DNA of 64,000 nucleotides from an uncultured Bacilli bacterium (GTDB lineage Bacteria; Bacillota_I; Bacilli_A; RF39; UBA660): NCBI GenBank assembly GCA_934155645.1, contig CAKPHC010000004.1, positions 81,220 to 145,219 of the forward strand, read 5' to 3'. Shown piece by piece: positions 1 to 9,582 of this stretch (position 1 is its first letter; each line of letters starts with the position of its first letter). The notes under the pieces were generated by a model. It saw only the letters and a program-made list of their open reading frames with translations, ran no database searches and was not told where the DNA came from. The position numbers and the translations under genes were made by a program.

Positions 1-3000
1 AAAAAGCATAAATGGTATATCATTAATAGTTGGTAGTAATGGTATAGGTAAAACATATTTACTAGAGAAATTAAAAAGACATTTTGAGTTAAACAAAATA
101 AATGTTAGTTTAATTAAATTTAGAGATTATGATAATTTACATTCTATAAAAGAAGCGGTTACATCTGCTTCAGAATATATTATATTTGACGGCTTAGATG
201 AGATAAATTCAAATATTCAAAATAGTGTTTTACAATATGCATTGTCTATAAAAGATAAAAATATAATTATTTCTAGTCGCAGAGATTTTGCACTAAAAAG
301 GAACCTATTTGATATAAAATACAATGTCTATGAAATAAGACAATTGGAAGAGTCTAAAATTGATAATATTTTAAAAATGCATGGATTGAATAAAGAAAAT
401 TATAAGAATATATATAATCTATTAAAAACGCCAAGATTTTTAATTCATTTATTAAATGTTAAGGACATTATAAATTATAAGAATAATATAAACAAATTTG
501 ATTTATTAGAAATGATTTTAAACAAACATTTTGAGGTAGTAAACGAAAGAGCTATAATTAAAATAGAAATCAATATTCATAAAAAAATTTTACAATCATT
601 AGCGTTAGTTATGATGATGACTGGAAAGAGTAATTTGACAATGGAGGAATTTACAATTTTCCTTAGTAACATAAACCATCTTGACATTAAGTCTTATGTT
701 TTAAATAAGGATATTATTGAAAGCTTTTTAAATAATCAGATTTTACTTAATTATGGTGATTTAATTGCATTTGAAAACAAAGAAATAATGGAATTTTTGG
801 CTGCTAAAGAAATATTTGAAAATAATTTTTCTAATAAAGATTTATTTGACATAGTCACGATTGAAGGTACTAATGAAATAAATACTTTATGGTTTAATAC
901 AATATCATATTTAATATCTAAGTCCAAAATATATTTTAATTTAATTTTGAATTATATATTTAATAATTTGTATATTCAAGACAATTTACTAGATTTATTA
1001 TTAAGCATAAATTATAATTTTGATGATAAAAATATTATTGTCAAAAATATTGAAAAAATTATTTTTCAATATTCTAAACTTTATCAATATATGCCTTCTT
1101 CTGATAGCATGGGTAATATTTCTAAAGTGTTAACTGTTGATATAAAATTATGTTTTAGAAATTTAATTGAAATTTTAGTAAATAATAAAATAAAAATAGA
1201 TTTAACAGATTTTGATATAGTTTTTATTAATAATACTTTGTCATGTATTAATTATTTATTAGAGAATTATTCGTTTAATAAAATAGAAACAAAAAAATTG
1301 AAAAATTATTTATTAAAGAATGAAAAATATTATATACAAAGTGAAAATTTTAAAGTTAGATATTTATACATATGTTTAAAAATCTTTGAAACAACTGAAA
1401 TTGATAATTTACTTGAAAATAATAGTATTGATAAAAGATTATTATCCATATTTTTACATGATAAAATTCATTTGAATAGTTTAAAAAAATTTGATGCACA
1501 TTTAAATTATTATATATTAAATTGCAGAAATAAGTTTGATGATAATCTTATAATTAATGAAAATCTGATTGCTGAATTTATTAGTAATAATTATGATGTA
1601 AGTAGATTCAAAAATCTTATTAATGGTATAAAAGATGATAATAATATTGCAAGTTTCATTCATTTCTTAAATTCTAACAATTATCAAGATTTATGGATTA
1701 AACTTTCAAAAAAAAGTATTACTTCAATTCTATATAACAAAATAATAAATAAATTAGTTAATGAAAACCTACAAAACAATAGAGATATAAGAGAAGAAAT
1801 AATGTTTGATCGTAGAAATGGTGATGCTTTAGAAAAGATAATAGCATTGTGTATCAAATATAATTACATAACTATTGATGGCTTAAATAATCAAAGTTAT
1901 ATATCAGATTATATTACGAAATATATGCGAGAATTGATTATTAAAGTTTTTCTAATAAACTCTGAAAATATACAGATATTATATGAACAATTAGTCGACA
2001 AAAAATCTATTTTTTATGTTTGGAGACTTGACTTAGATAATGAAATCAGAATTAAGCTTGAACCTGAAATAAAAAATCTTTTCTCATCAGATTTTTTAGA
2101 ATATAAAAGATTGATAACAAAATATCAAGATAAAGATTATGTAAAAGTTGAAGAAATTTTAAAGAAAGTTGATTATGCTAATAATATATATTATAAAATT
2201 GATCGTATATATGATTTGATTAAAAACAGTAATCAGTTTAGTATAGTTAATTCAAATGTTATATTTAAAAATACTTTGAAATCATTTTCAAGAGAAATTG
2301 AAAGCCATATTTTGACGATAGATATTAATAAACTAGTTATTAAGGCTGTAAAAAAAGAAACTTATAGTATAAGTTATGATATACAATTATATCACAAGGC
2401 AATATTTATATTATTAAAAATGGGGTATGATATAAATAAATATAATGATATTAATGTTATACTTTTAAATAATAATATAGATAAAATTGAACCATTATAT
2501 AGTGATAATAATTATAAAAAACTGCTGGATTATGTTAGTAAAAGGCAATCAAAAGATTATGTTAAATTTTATACGTATGATATAATTGGAAAATTAAAAA
2601 AGTATAGTTCAAATGTTTTATTTCAGACAATATTTAAATGGTTAGACTATATAAATTTTGATGAATACAAAATTAATAGTATTTTATCTTTTATACTTGA
2701 TAATCTTGATTCATTAAATCATGATGAAATAAAGAAATTGAAAAAATTTAGAAAATACAAAATCTGTCAAGATATTTTGATTGAACTTGGTTTTGAAGAT
2801 GAAATAAAGAATAGAATTGATTATATCAAAAACAATCTCGTTTTTGAAGGAGATTTAATGTCTATAGAGAATAAAGGTAATTTTGAATATTCTTCTGGAA
2901 CCTATATTAATTCTTTAGCTAAAATTGGATACAAAAATAAAGATTATATTTATGATCTATTATCATTTATGTTTAATATATATAATAATGGAGATTATTA

Positions 3001-3748
3001 TTATTTCTCCAAATATATTTTAAATATGATAACAAAATATATTAATAATAATCAATTTAATCTTAATGATGTTATTGATTATATTATATCAAATGAAAAA
3101 AACAATAATAATAGATATCTATATAAAATTTGTAATAATCTTGCTTTGTTAAAAAATATAGAATATAAAAATATAATTCAGGTAATAAATCAATATAATA
3201 CTATTGTTACCGATCAACATATTAAGATATATTCATATGATGATTTATTTAATGTAGTAAAAGAAGTACTACAAACTAATATATTTAACGATATATTAAG
3301 AATGAATTTTTTAGAAATATTTAGAGATAAAAACACTAAAAAAATTAGGCCATTGAAAGAAGAGGTATATCAATTTTTAATTGGATATGAATTAAGTAGA
3401 ATTTTAAATATCAGAGGTTTTTCCACTAAAGTCATATATGAATCTATGGCTTTTGATAAAAAAAGAAATGATATACAATTAGTGACAGAAGGATTTATTC
3501 AAGATATAGTTATAGAGACAAAACTTTCTAATAACAATGATATATTAAATGAAAAAAATATTAAATCATATATAAAAGATACTTTAGAAAAATACAAGGA
3601 AAGGTTTAATTCTCCGAAGATATTGTTTGTAATAATTAATCAAAGTTTAACAATTAAAACATGCCAACAAAAAATTGACTTGATTAATAAAAATAATGTT
3701 CAATTTATAGATACAATACCAATATATTTGGAAAATTATTTTAAATAA
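1..3748 (+). CDS. STAND-class (NACHT-like) P-loop NTPase with long C-terminal helical repeat/sensor region; 5' end lies outside the window
   Basis: The frame is open from nt 2, so the track start at 242 is an internal Met. Translation from nt 2 gives Walker A (LIVGSNGIGKTYLL), Walker B (IIFDGLDE, the DGhDE of NACHT) and the sensor-like motif IIISSRR. These are followed by about 900 aa of low-complexity helical repeats. A hairpin terminator follows the stop codon. Confidence 0.65.
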   Translation, partial: KSINGISLIVGSNGIGKTYLLEKLKRHFELNKINVSLIKFRDYDNLHSIKEAVTSASEYIIFDGLDEINSNIQNSVLQYALSIKDKNIIISSRRDFALKRNLFDIKYNVYEIRQLEESKIDNILKMHGLNKENYKNIYNLLKTPRFLIHLLNVKDIINYKNNINKFDLLEMILNKHFEVVNERAIIKIEINIHKKILQSLALVMMMTGKSNLTMEEFTIFLSNINHLDIKSYVLNKDIIESFLNNQILLNYGDLIAFENKEIMEFLAAKEIFENNFSNKDLFDIVTIEGTNEINTLWFNTISYLISKSKIYFNLILNYIFNNLYIQDNLLDLLLSINYNFDDKNIIVKNIEKIIFQYSKLYQYMPSSDSMGNISKVLTVDIKLCFRNLIEILVNNKIKIDLTDFDIVFINNTLSCINYLLENYSFNKIETKKLKNYLLKNEKYYIQSENFKVRYLYICLKIFETTEIDNLLENNSIDKRLLSIFLHDKIHLNSLKKFDAHLNYYILNCRNKFDDNLIINENLIAEFISNNYDVSRFKNLINGIKDDNNIASFIHFLNSNNYQDLWIKLSKKSITSILYNKIINKLVNENLQNNRDIREEIMFDRRNGDALEKIIALCIKYNYITIDGLNNQSYISDYITKYMRELIIKVFLINSENIQILYEQLVDKKSIFYVWRLDLDNEIRIKLEPEIKNLFSSDFLEYKRLITKYQDKDYVKVEEILKKVDYANNIYYKIDRIYDLIKNSNQFSIVNSNVIFKNTLKSFSREIESHILTIDINKLVIKAVKKETYSISYDIQLYHKAIFILLKMGYDINKYNDINVILLNNNIDKIEPLYSDNNYKKLLDYVSKRQSKDYVKFYTYDIIGKLKKYSSNVLFQTIFKWLDYINFDEYKINSILSFILDNLDSLNHDEIKKLKKFRKYKICQDILIELGFEDEIKNRIDYIKNNLVFEGDLMSIENKGNFEYSSGTYINSLAKIGYKNKDYIYDLLSFMFNIYNNGDYYYFSKYILNMITKYINNNQFNLNDVIDYIISNEKNNNNRYLYKICNNLALLKNIEYKNIIQVINQYNTIVTDQHIKIYSYDDLFNVVKEVLQTNIFNDILRMNFLEIFRDKNTKKIRPLKEEVYQFLIGYELSRILNIRGFSTKVIYESMAFDKKRNDIQLVTEGFIQDIVIETKLSNNNDILNEKNIKSYIKDTLEKYKERFNSPKILFVIINQSLTIKTCQQKIDLINKNNVQFIDTIPIYLENYFK

Positions 3749-3759
3749 AAATTTATTTT

Positions 3760-3795
3760 GGCACTAATATTTAATTAAAATTAGTGCTATTTTTG
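3760..3795 (+). terminator. rho-independent terminator after the STAND NTPase gene
   Basis: Stem GCACTAAT / ATTAGTGC with a 12-nt loop, followed by TATTTTTG. Confidence 0.6.
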
Positions 3796-4007
3796 CATAA
3801 AATATTGAAAAAATTTACTCCCCCTTACCAGAGGTTACTTACTAGTCTTGTACAATAAATCAAGCATGGTGTTGACACACCCGTTAATGCTTGTTAGGGA
3901 GTATCCCTAAAACCGATAAAAATAGTCGCTGACAGTTAGTAAAAATTTATTATTCTTATTATGCAAAATTAGTTTACTCAAATATAATAAAATGATATAA
4001 TATTGTT

Positions 4008-4610
4008 ATGAAAGTAAATGGTGATTCTATGACTAATGAAGATAAAATTAAACAGTTTTTAGTTGCTAATCATGGATATATATCTACATCAGATTTTTTA
4101 AAACTAAATATTAGTAAACCATTAATAAAAAAATATGTTGATAAAGGTTTAATTAATAAAGTTTCACATGGTTTATATATTGATAGTAATACATTAGTTG
4201 ATGATGAATATGTTTTTCAAAAAAGATATCCTGATGCTATATATTCATATAAGACAGCATTAAGTATGTTAGGTTTAATTAAAGAATTACCAGGAGAAAT
4301 AGAAATAACTGTTAATAGTAAGAAAAGAGTATTAAGCAATTATAAAGTGCATTATGTATCAGATAAATATTATGATATTGGAATTATTGAAATTAACAAT
4401 ATGTTTAATAATCTAATTAAAATATATAATGCTGAAAGATGTATTTGTGATATGTTGAAAAGTGATGATTTTGATTTAGAATTACAAAATAATATATTAC
4501 ACGATTATTTTAATAGCAGTGATAAAGATATAGATAAATTACTAGAGTATTCTAAAGTATTTAATATATATGAAAAAGTTAGAACTTTGGTAGATTATGC
4601 AGTGAGATAG
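4008..4610 (+). CDS. AbiEi-family wHTH protein (type IV TA antitoxin-like / possible operon regulator)
   Basis: N-terminal wHTH pattern typical of AbiEi (NHGYISTSDFLKLNISKPLIKKYVDKGLINKVSHGLY ... YPDAIYSYKTALSMLGL). It is about 200 aa and ends 12 nt upstream of the Fic gene. Confidence 0.55.
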   Translation: MKVNGDSMTNEDKIKQFLVANHGYISTSDFLKLNISKPLIKKYVDKGLINKVSHGLYIDSNTLVDDEYVFQKRYPDAIYSYKTALSMLGLIKELPGEIEITVNSKKRVLSNYKVHYVSDKYYDIGIIEINNMFNNLIKIYNAERCICDMLKSDDFDLELQNNILHDYFNSSDKDIDKLLEYSKVFNIYEKVRTLVDYAVR

Positions 4611-4622
4611 GAGGTTAATTAA

Positions 4623-5459
4623 ATGAGTGAAAAAGAATTTGATTCAAGTAATGTTGAATATATAGAAGAAACTAAATCAAAAGGCTATTTAAAACAACTT
4701 GAGTGGGATATGGCTATAGGTCTTCAAGAAGTAGATAATTTAAAACCTTCTAAATATTTAGAAAAATTGTTAGGAGAAAATGTTAGTGGTAATTTAACCA
4801 TTAAACAAGTAGAAGAAGAATTAAGAGAATACTACATTGAAAAAGATAAAAAACAAGAATTAAATCATAATGAATTAGAGTGTGATTTTGTATCTACAAG
4901 AATTGTTGAATTATTACAAATTGATAATTTTGAGTTGTCTGTAGATTATTTAAAATATATTCATAAATATTTATTTCAAGATATTTATGAATTTGCCGGT
5001 GAATTTAGAAAAATAGATTTTTCTAAACATGAAAAAATATTGAATAATGATTCAGTGGCTTATGGTGATTGTAAGACATTAAAAGAATCATTAGAATATG
5101 ATATATCATTAGAAAAAGGAAAAAAATATAAAGAAATGAATATAGTTGAAGTTATTAATAATATAACTAAATTTTCTTCTAGCATATGGCAAGTACATCC
5201 TTTTAGAGAAGGAAATACTAGAACAACAGCTCTATTTATTGAAAAATACTTAATTAGTCTAGGCTATAATGTGGATAATACTCTATTTAAGGATAAATCA
5301 GTTTATTTTAGAAATGCGCTAGTAAGAAGTAATTATTTTAATAACTATTTAAATATAAAAGAAGACAGTAGATATTTAGTTAAGTTTTATGAAAATTTAT
5401 TATTGGGTAAAAATAATAATTTACATTCACAAGATTTAATTGTTAAAAAATTGTTTTAG
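4623..5459 (+). CDS. Fic/Doc family protein with non-canonical active-site motif
   Basis: The Fic core motif is HPFREGNTRTTA, where the canonical form is HPFx[DE]GNGRxxR. A GGAGG RBS precedes the start. The gene ends 15 nt before the methyltransferase gene. Confidence 0.8.
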   Translation: MSEKEFDSSNVEYIEETKSKGYLKQLEWDMAIGLQEVDNLKPSKYLEKLLGENVSGNLTIKQVEEELREYYIEKDKKQELNHNELECDFVSTRIVELLQIDNFELSVDYLKYIHKYLFQDIYEFAGEFRKIDFSKHEKILNNDSVAYGDCKTLKESLEYDISLEKGKKYKEMNIVEVINNITKFSSSIWQVHPFREGNTRTTALFIEKYLISLGYNVDNTLFKDKSVYFRNALVRSNYFNNYLNIKEDSRYLVKFYENLLLGKNNNLHSQDLIVKKLF

Positions 5460-5474
5460 CAGTAGGAGGGCAAA

Positions 5475-7409
5475 ATGTTTAATATACAAAATAGAAGATA
5501 TACAGGAAACAAGTATAAGCTCATGGATTGGATTTCTAAGCTTATTAAAGATAACTGTTTTGATTGTCATTCATTCTTTGATGTATTTGCAGGCACTGGT
5601 TCTGTATCAGATTATATTTTTGAAAAATATGATAGATTTATAATGAATGATTTTCTATATTCAAATAATGTAATATATAATGGATTTTTTTTAAACAAAA
5701 AATATGATATAAATAAAATATATAAAATCAAAGAAGTGTATAATAACCTAAGTAGCAACAAGCTTAGAGAGAATTATGTTTCAAAAAATTTTGGTGATAA
5801 ATTTTTTAATAGAAATGATGCAAAAAAAATAGGGTACATAAGACAGGATATCGAGAATAAGTATAAAAATAAATATATTAATGAAAAAGAATATTATATT
5901 TTATTATCATCCTTACTATATTCTTTTGATCGAATTGCAAATACATGTGGTCATTATGATGCTTATAGAAAATTGAAAAATATTCCGGAAAGTTTTATAT
6001 TTGAAACAATAAATCCTAAAAATATAAGCGATAAAAAACTTGTTGAAATATATAGGACTGATTCGAATGAATTGTCAAAAACAATAAAGGCTGATATAGC
6101 ATATATAGATCCACCATATAATTCTAGACAATATAGTAGATTTTATCATGTGATGGAAAATATTGTTCAATGGAAAAAGCCCAAATTATATGGGACAGCA
6201 ATGAAGCCTAAAGAAGAAAATATGTCTGAATATTGTAAAGTTACTGCTCCTATTGTATTTAATGATTTAATTCAAAATCTAAATGTTAAATATATAGTAG
6301 TTTCCTATAATAATACTTATGATTCAAAAAGTTCTTCTTCTAAAAATAAAATTACATTAGATGAAATCGAAACTATCCTATCTAATAAAGGTGAAACAAA
6401 AAGATTTGAAAAAAGATATAAGGCTTTTAATACCGGTAAAACAGAATTAAAAAATCACAAAGAATACATTTTTATAACAAAGGTTAAACCAGAAATTAAA
6501 AAAGAAATTTCATATAGATCACCATTATTTTATGTTGGTGATAAATATAAATTAATGCCAGAAATTAAAAAATATATTCCAGTTAATATAAATAACTATA
6601 TTGAACCATTTGTTGGTGGAGGTAGCTCATTTTTAAATGTACGGGCAAATAATTATTATGTTAATGATATTGATTCATATATCATTAATATCCATAAAGA
6701 ATTGTTTAAGTATGTTAATCATAAAGAAGATTTTTTTAGTAAAATTTTTAAATTAATAAGTAAATATAATTTATCTTGTTCTTATAATGGACATTTAGTT
6801 CCAGAAGAATTAAAAAGACAATATAAGAAAACTTATTATGCCAAGTATAATAAACAAAGCTATTTAAAACTTAGAAATGATTATAATTTAAATAAAAGCG
6901 ATAATTTGAAATTATATCTATTGTTAATATATGGATTTAATCATATGACAAGATTTAATTCAAAAGGTGAATTCAATTTGCCTGTCGGTAATGTAGATTT
7001 TAACAGTAATGTTTATAACTCTTTAAATTATTATTTTGATTATATACAAAATATTAATATAAAGTATTATAATTTGGACTATAAAGATTTTTTAAATTCT
7101 CTAAAAATTGGAAAAAATGATTATGTTTTACTTGATCCACCATATTTAATTAGTCAAAGTGAGTATAATAAATTATGGAATGAGAAACACGAAAAAGAAT
7201 TATATGAATTTTTAGATAAACTTGATGCAAGGGGAATAAAATTTGGAATAACAAATTTGGTTTATCATAAAGGCAAAAAAAATGATATTTTTTACAAATG
7301 GTCCAAAAAATATTTTGTTCATGAAATAACTAGTAATTATATTAGTTATAATGATAATACACTAAAAACAAGTTCTAAGGAGGTGTTTGTAACTAATTAT
7401 GACAAATAG
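5475..7409 (+). CDS. Tandem two-domain Dam-class (D12) N6-adenine DNA methyltransferase, M.FokI-like (Type IIS-style)
   Basis: Two complete methyltransferase modules are present, each with RYxGNKxKL / YVGDKYKLM, an FxGxG SAM motif (FDVFAGTGS; EPFVGGGS) and DPPY (AYIDPPYN; LLDPPYL). Total length is 644 aa. A GGAGGG RBS precedes the start. Confidence 0.85.
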   Translation: MFNIQNRRYTGNKYKLMDWISKLIKDNCFDCHSFFDVFAGTGSVSDYIFEKYDRFIMNDFLYSNNVIYNGFFLNKKYDINKIYKIKEVYNNLSSNKLRENYVSKNFGDKFFNRNDAKKIGYIRQDIENKYKNKYINEKEYYILLSSLLYSFDRIANTCGHYDAYRKLKNIPESFIFETINPKNISDKKLVEIYRTDSNELSKTIKADIAYIDPPYNSRQYSRFYHVMENIVQWKKPKLYGTAMKPKEENMSEYCKVTAPIVFNDLIQNLNVKYIVVSYNNTYDSKSSSSKNKITLDEIETILSNKGETKRFEKRYKAFNTGKTELKNHKEYIFITKVKPEIKKEISYRSPLFYVGDKYKLMPEIKKYIPVNINNYIEPFVGGGSSFLNVRANNYYVNDIDSYIINIHKELFKYVNHKEDFFSKIFKLISKYNLSCSYNGHLVPEELKRQYKKTYYAKYNKQSYLKLRNDYNLNKSDNLKLYLLLIYGFNHMTRFNSKGEFNLPVGNVDFNSNVYNSLNYYFDYIQNINIKYYNLDYKDFLNSLKIGKNDYVLLDPPYLISQSEYNKLWNEKHEKELYEFLDKLDARGIKFGITNLVYHKGKKNDIFYKWSKKYFVHEITSNYISYNDNTLKTSSKEVFVTNYDK

Positions 7410-8955
7410 AAAATCTGAATATAAAGCTTTACTATTTAGTACAACAGTGAGGAATCCAGAAAGAATAAAGAATTATGTAAAAATGATATCAAATTATCAA
7501 AATAAATTATTAACTAATAATGTTATTATGCAAATAGTTAAAGATATAATAAAAAATAAATTATATTATACAAATTATGAAAGAAATAATCCATTGTTAT
7601 GGATTATATATAATTCTGATGAAGAGTTTTCTGATGAACAAGTACAAGAAATTATTAATAATTCACCACAAGATCATAAAGAGGCTGGTTTTGATCATGG
7701 ATGGCCATCAAGATTTGATACAATATTTAAAATTATAAAAGAATTTGGTTTTATTTATTATGAAATTAATAAGCCTATTGAAATATCCGAAACAGGTCAA
7801 TTATTGATTAATTCTATTTCAAATAATAATCCAGAATTAGAAGAACAAGCATTTCTTAATACATTAGTTAAGTATCAAAGAAATAACCCTTTTAGAAGGG
7901 TTCTGAATGAAAATCAACCATTTACATTATTACTAAAAGTACTAAGAAAGTTGAAGGAATATCCAATAAAAGATAATGACATGATATCAAAAAGAGAAGT
8001 AGCATTTATTATTTCTTCAGCATCGGATGATGAAAATCATATATATGAGCAAATAAAGAATTTAAGAGAAAAATTCGGCTTTGAATATAGTGATGATGTT
8101 ATTTATGAAGAATGTTTAAAAGAATTACATGCGCAAGGAAGAGAAAAAAAGTTTAAAAAGAAAAATATACTAAAAGAGTTACCAGATGATTTTATCAGAA
8201 AAATGAGGATGACTGGATTAATAACATTACGCGGATATGGTAGATTTATAGACTATAATGCTGAAGAGAAAGAAAAAATAGATTATATTTTGAATAAATA
8301 TAGTGGTTATTCTTCTAAATATGAAGATGAATATGATTATTATGTGTATATGTCAAAGATAGATAGTAGATTGATTAATATATCTAGCAAAAAAAATACT
8401 ATTACAATAGAAGAATCCATTGATAAATGGACTGAATATTTCAATTGGGAAACAATAAAAAAGGAATTAAGTATATTGTCATCAAATAGAAAATCAAAAC
8501 ACGATATATTGAAGTTTATTGATGAGCCAACTAGACTAGAATTCTTGACAAGTATAGCTTTAAAAAAATGGTTTGTTGATTTAATTGTAAAACCTAACTA
8601 TTTAATTGATGATGAAGGATTGCCTAGAAGGCATGCAGGAGGTGGGATGCCTGACATCATATGTTATGATGACAATAATTATTCATTGCTTGAAGTTACA
8701 TTGCTTACTGGAAATCAACAATGTGTAAGAGAACTTCCATCAGTCGGTGATCACTTAAGAGATGCGGTAAAATATAATGAAGATGCTTTTACTATATTTA
8801 TTGCACCAACAATCCATCGCAGAAGTTATGAATACGCTGAATTTTTAAATTTTAAAGACGGATTATCAATTGTTTTATGCACAATTATGCAATTTGCTAG
8901 TACAATTGAATCGGGAATAGAATTCAATAAGATTAAGAATGTTGTGGAGTGTTAA
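7399..8955 (+). CDS. Putative restriction endonuclease partner (Type IIS-like), uncharacterised family
   Basis: Its start overlaps the methyltransferase stop by 11 nt, indicating translational coupling, and it has an AAGGAGG RBS. There is a possible PD-(D/E)xK-like segment (GMPDIICYDDNNYSLLEVTLL). No family could be assigned from the sequence alone. Confidence 0.4.
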   Translation: MTNRKSEYKALLFSTTVRNPERIKNYVKMISNYQNKLLTNNVIMQIVKDIIKNKLYYTNYERNNPLLWIIYNSDEEFSDEQVQEIINNSPQDHKEAGFDHGWPSRFDTIFKIIKEFGFIYYEINKPIEISETGQLLINSISNNNPELEEQAFLNTLVKYQRNNPFRRVLNENQPFTLLLKVLRKLKEYPIKDNDMISKREVAFIISSASDDENHIYEQIKNLREKFGFEYSDDVIYEECLKELHAQGREKKFKKKNILKELPDDFIRKMRMTGLITLRGYGRFIDYNAEEKEKIDYILNKYSGYSSKYEDEYDYYVYMSKIDSRLINISSKKNTITIEESIDKWTEYFNWETIKKELSILSSNRKSKHDILKFIDEPTRLEFLTSIALKKWFVDLIVKPNYLIDDEGLPRRHAGGGMPDIICYDDNNYSLLEVTLLTGNQQCVRELPSVGDHLRDAVKYNEDAFTIFIAPTIHRRSYEYAEFLNFKDGLSIVLCTIMQFASTIESGIEFNKIKNVVEC

Positions 8956-9005
8956 AAAATATATATGAACTAAATCAGGTTAAATGCATAAAAAGATTTA
9001 TAGCG

Positions 9006-9034
9006 TTGAAATTTTTGTAAAAATTTGCTATAAT
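9006..9034 (+). promoter_or_regulatory. near-consensus sigma-A promoter (TTGAAA-17-TATAAT) with a palindrome-rich leader
   Basis: TTGAAA at 9006-9011, a 17-nt spacer, then TATAAT at 9029-9034. It is followed by the palindromes GTACGACGAGTGTAC, AAAAGTCGACTTTT and GTTCTTATAAAGAAC. Confidence 0.5.
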
Positions 9035-9255
9035 TAAATTAGGGTACGACGAGTGTACTCGAGAAAAGTCGACTTTTACTTAAAGAAGTTTATGCAATGT
9101 TCTTATAAAGAACTTAACAAGAATGAAGTGCCAAAATTAAATGGAAGTACTAGAGTATTTCTAGAATTGCTGTGTTATTCTTTGTTCAGTTCTTTTTCTT
9201 ATGCTCTAAAAGACTGATAAGAATAAATTATTAAGGTAATCTTATATCAATAAAT

Positions 9256-9582
9256 ATGGAAAGAGATATTGAACCTTTTATTAAATTAGTTTTTCCAACA
9301 AGTATATTAGGAGATTATAATTTAACACCACTTGAAAGATTACTATTAATTTACATTTTGTCACTTTGCAAAAAATATGGATATTGTTGGGCTACTAACG
9401 AATTTTTTAGTAATAATTTTAATGTTAGTAAGCAAACAATATCAAAGAGTATAAGTAGTTTATTTAATTATGGTTATATTGTTTTACAGTATGATAAGAA
9501 AGAAAAAAATAATTTCAAAAGAAAAATTATGGTATCAGAAGTATTCAAAAAAAAGAATATCAGATATTCAAAAAAATCTTAA
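9256..9582 (+). CDS. HTH / RepA_N-like (replication-initiator-family) protein of mobile elements, possibly frameshifted
   Basis: The pattern LTPLERLLLIYILSLCKKYGYCWATNEFFSNNFNVSKQTISKSISSL resembles RepA_N/HTH proteins of Firmicutes plasmids and ICEs. Confidence 0.4.
   Translation: MERDIEPFIKLVFPTSILGDYNLTPLERLLLIYILSLCKKYGYCWATNEFFSNNFNVSKQTISKSISSLFNYGYIVLQYDKKEKNNFKRKIMVSEVFKKKNIRYSKKS

Noticed and set aside
242-3748. ATG at 242 as the start of the large ORF
   Set aside because: The frame is open from nt 2. The upstream translation contains the Walker A and Walker B motifs, so the gene starts outside the window.
5440-5643. 67-aa ORF overlapping the Fic/methyltransferase junction
   Set aside because: It overlaps two well-supported genes in another frame, with no RBS or homology support.
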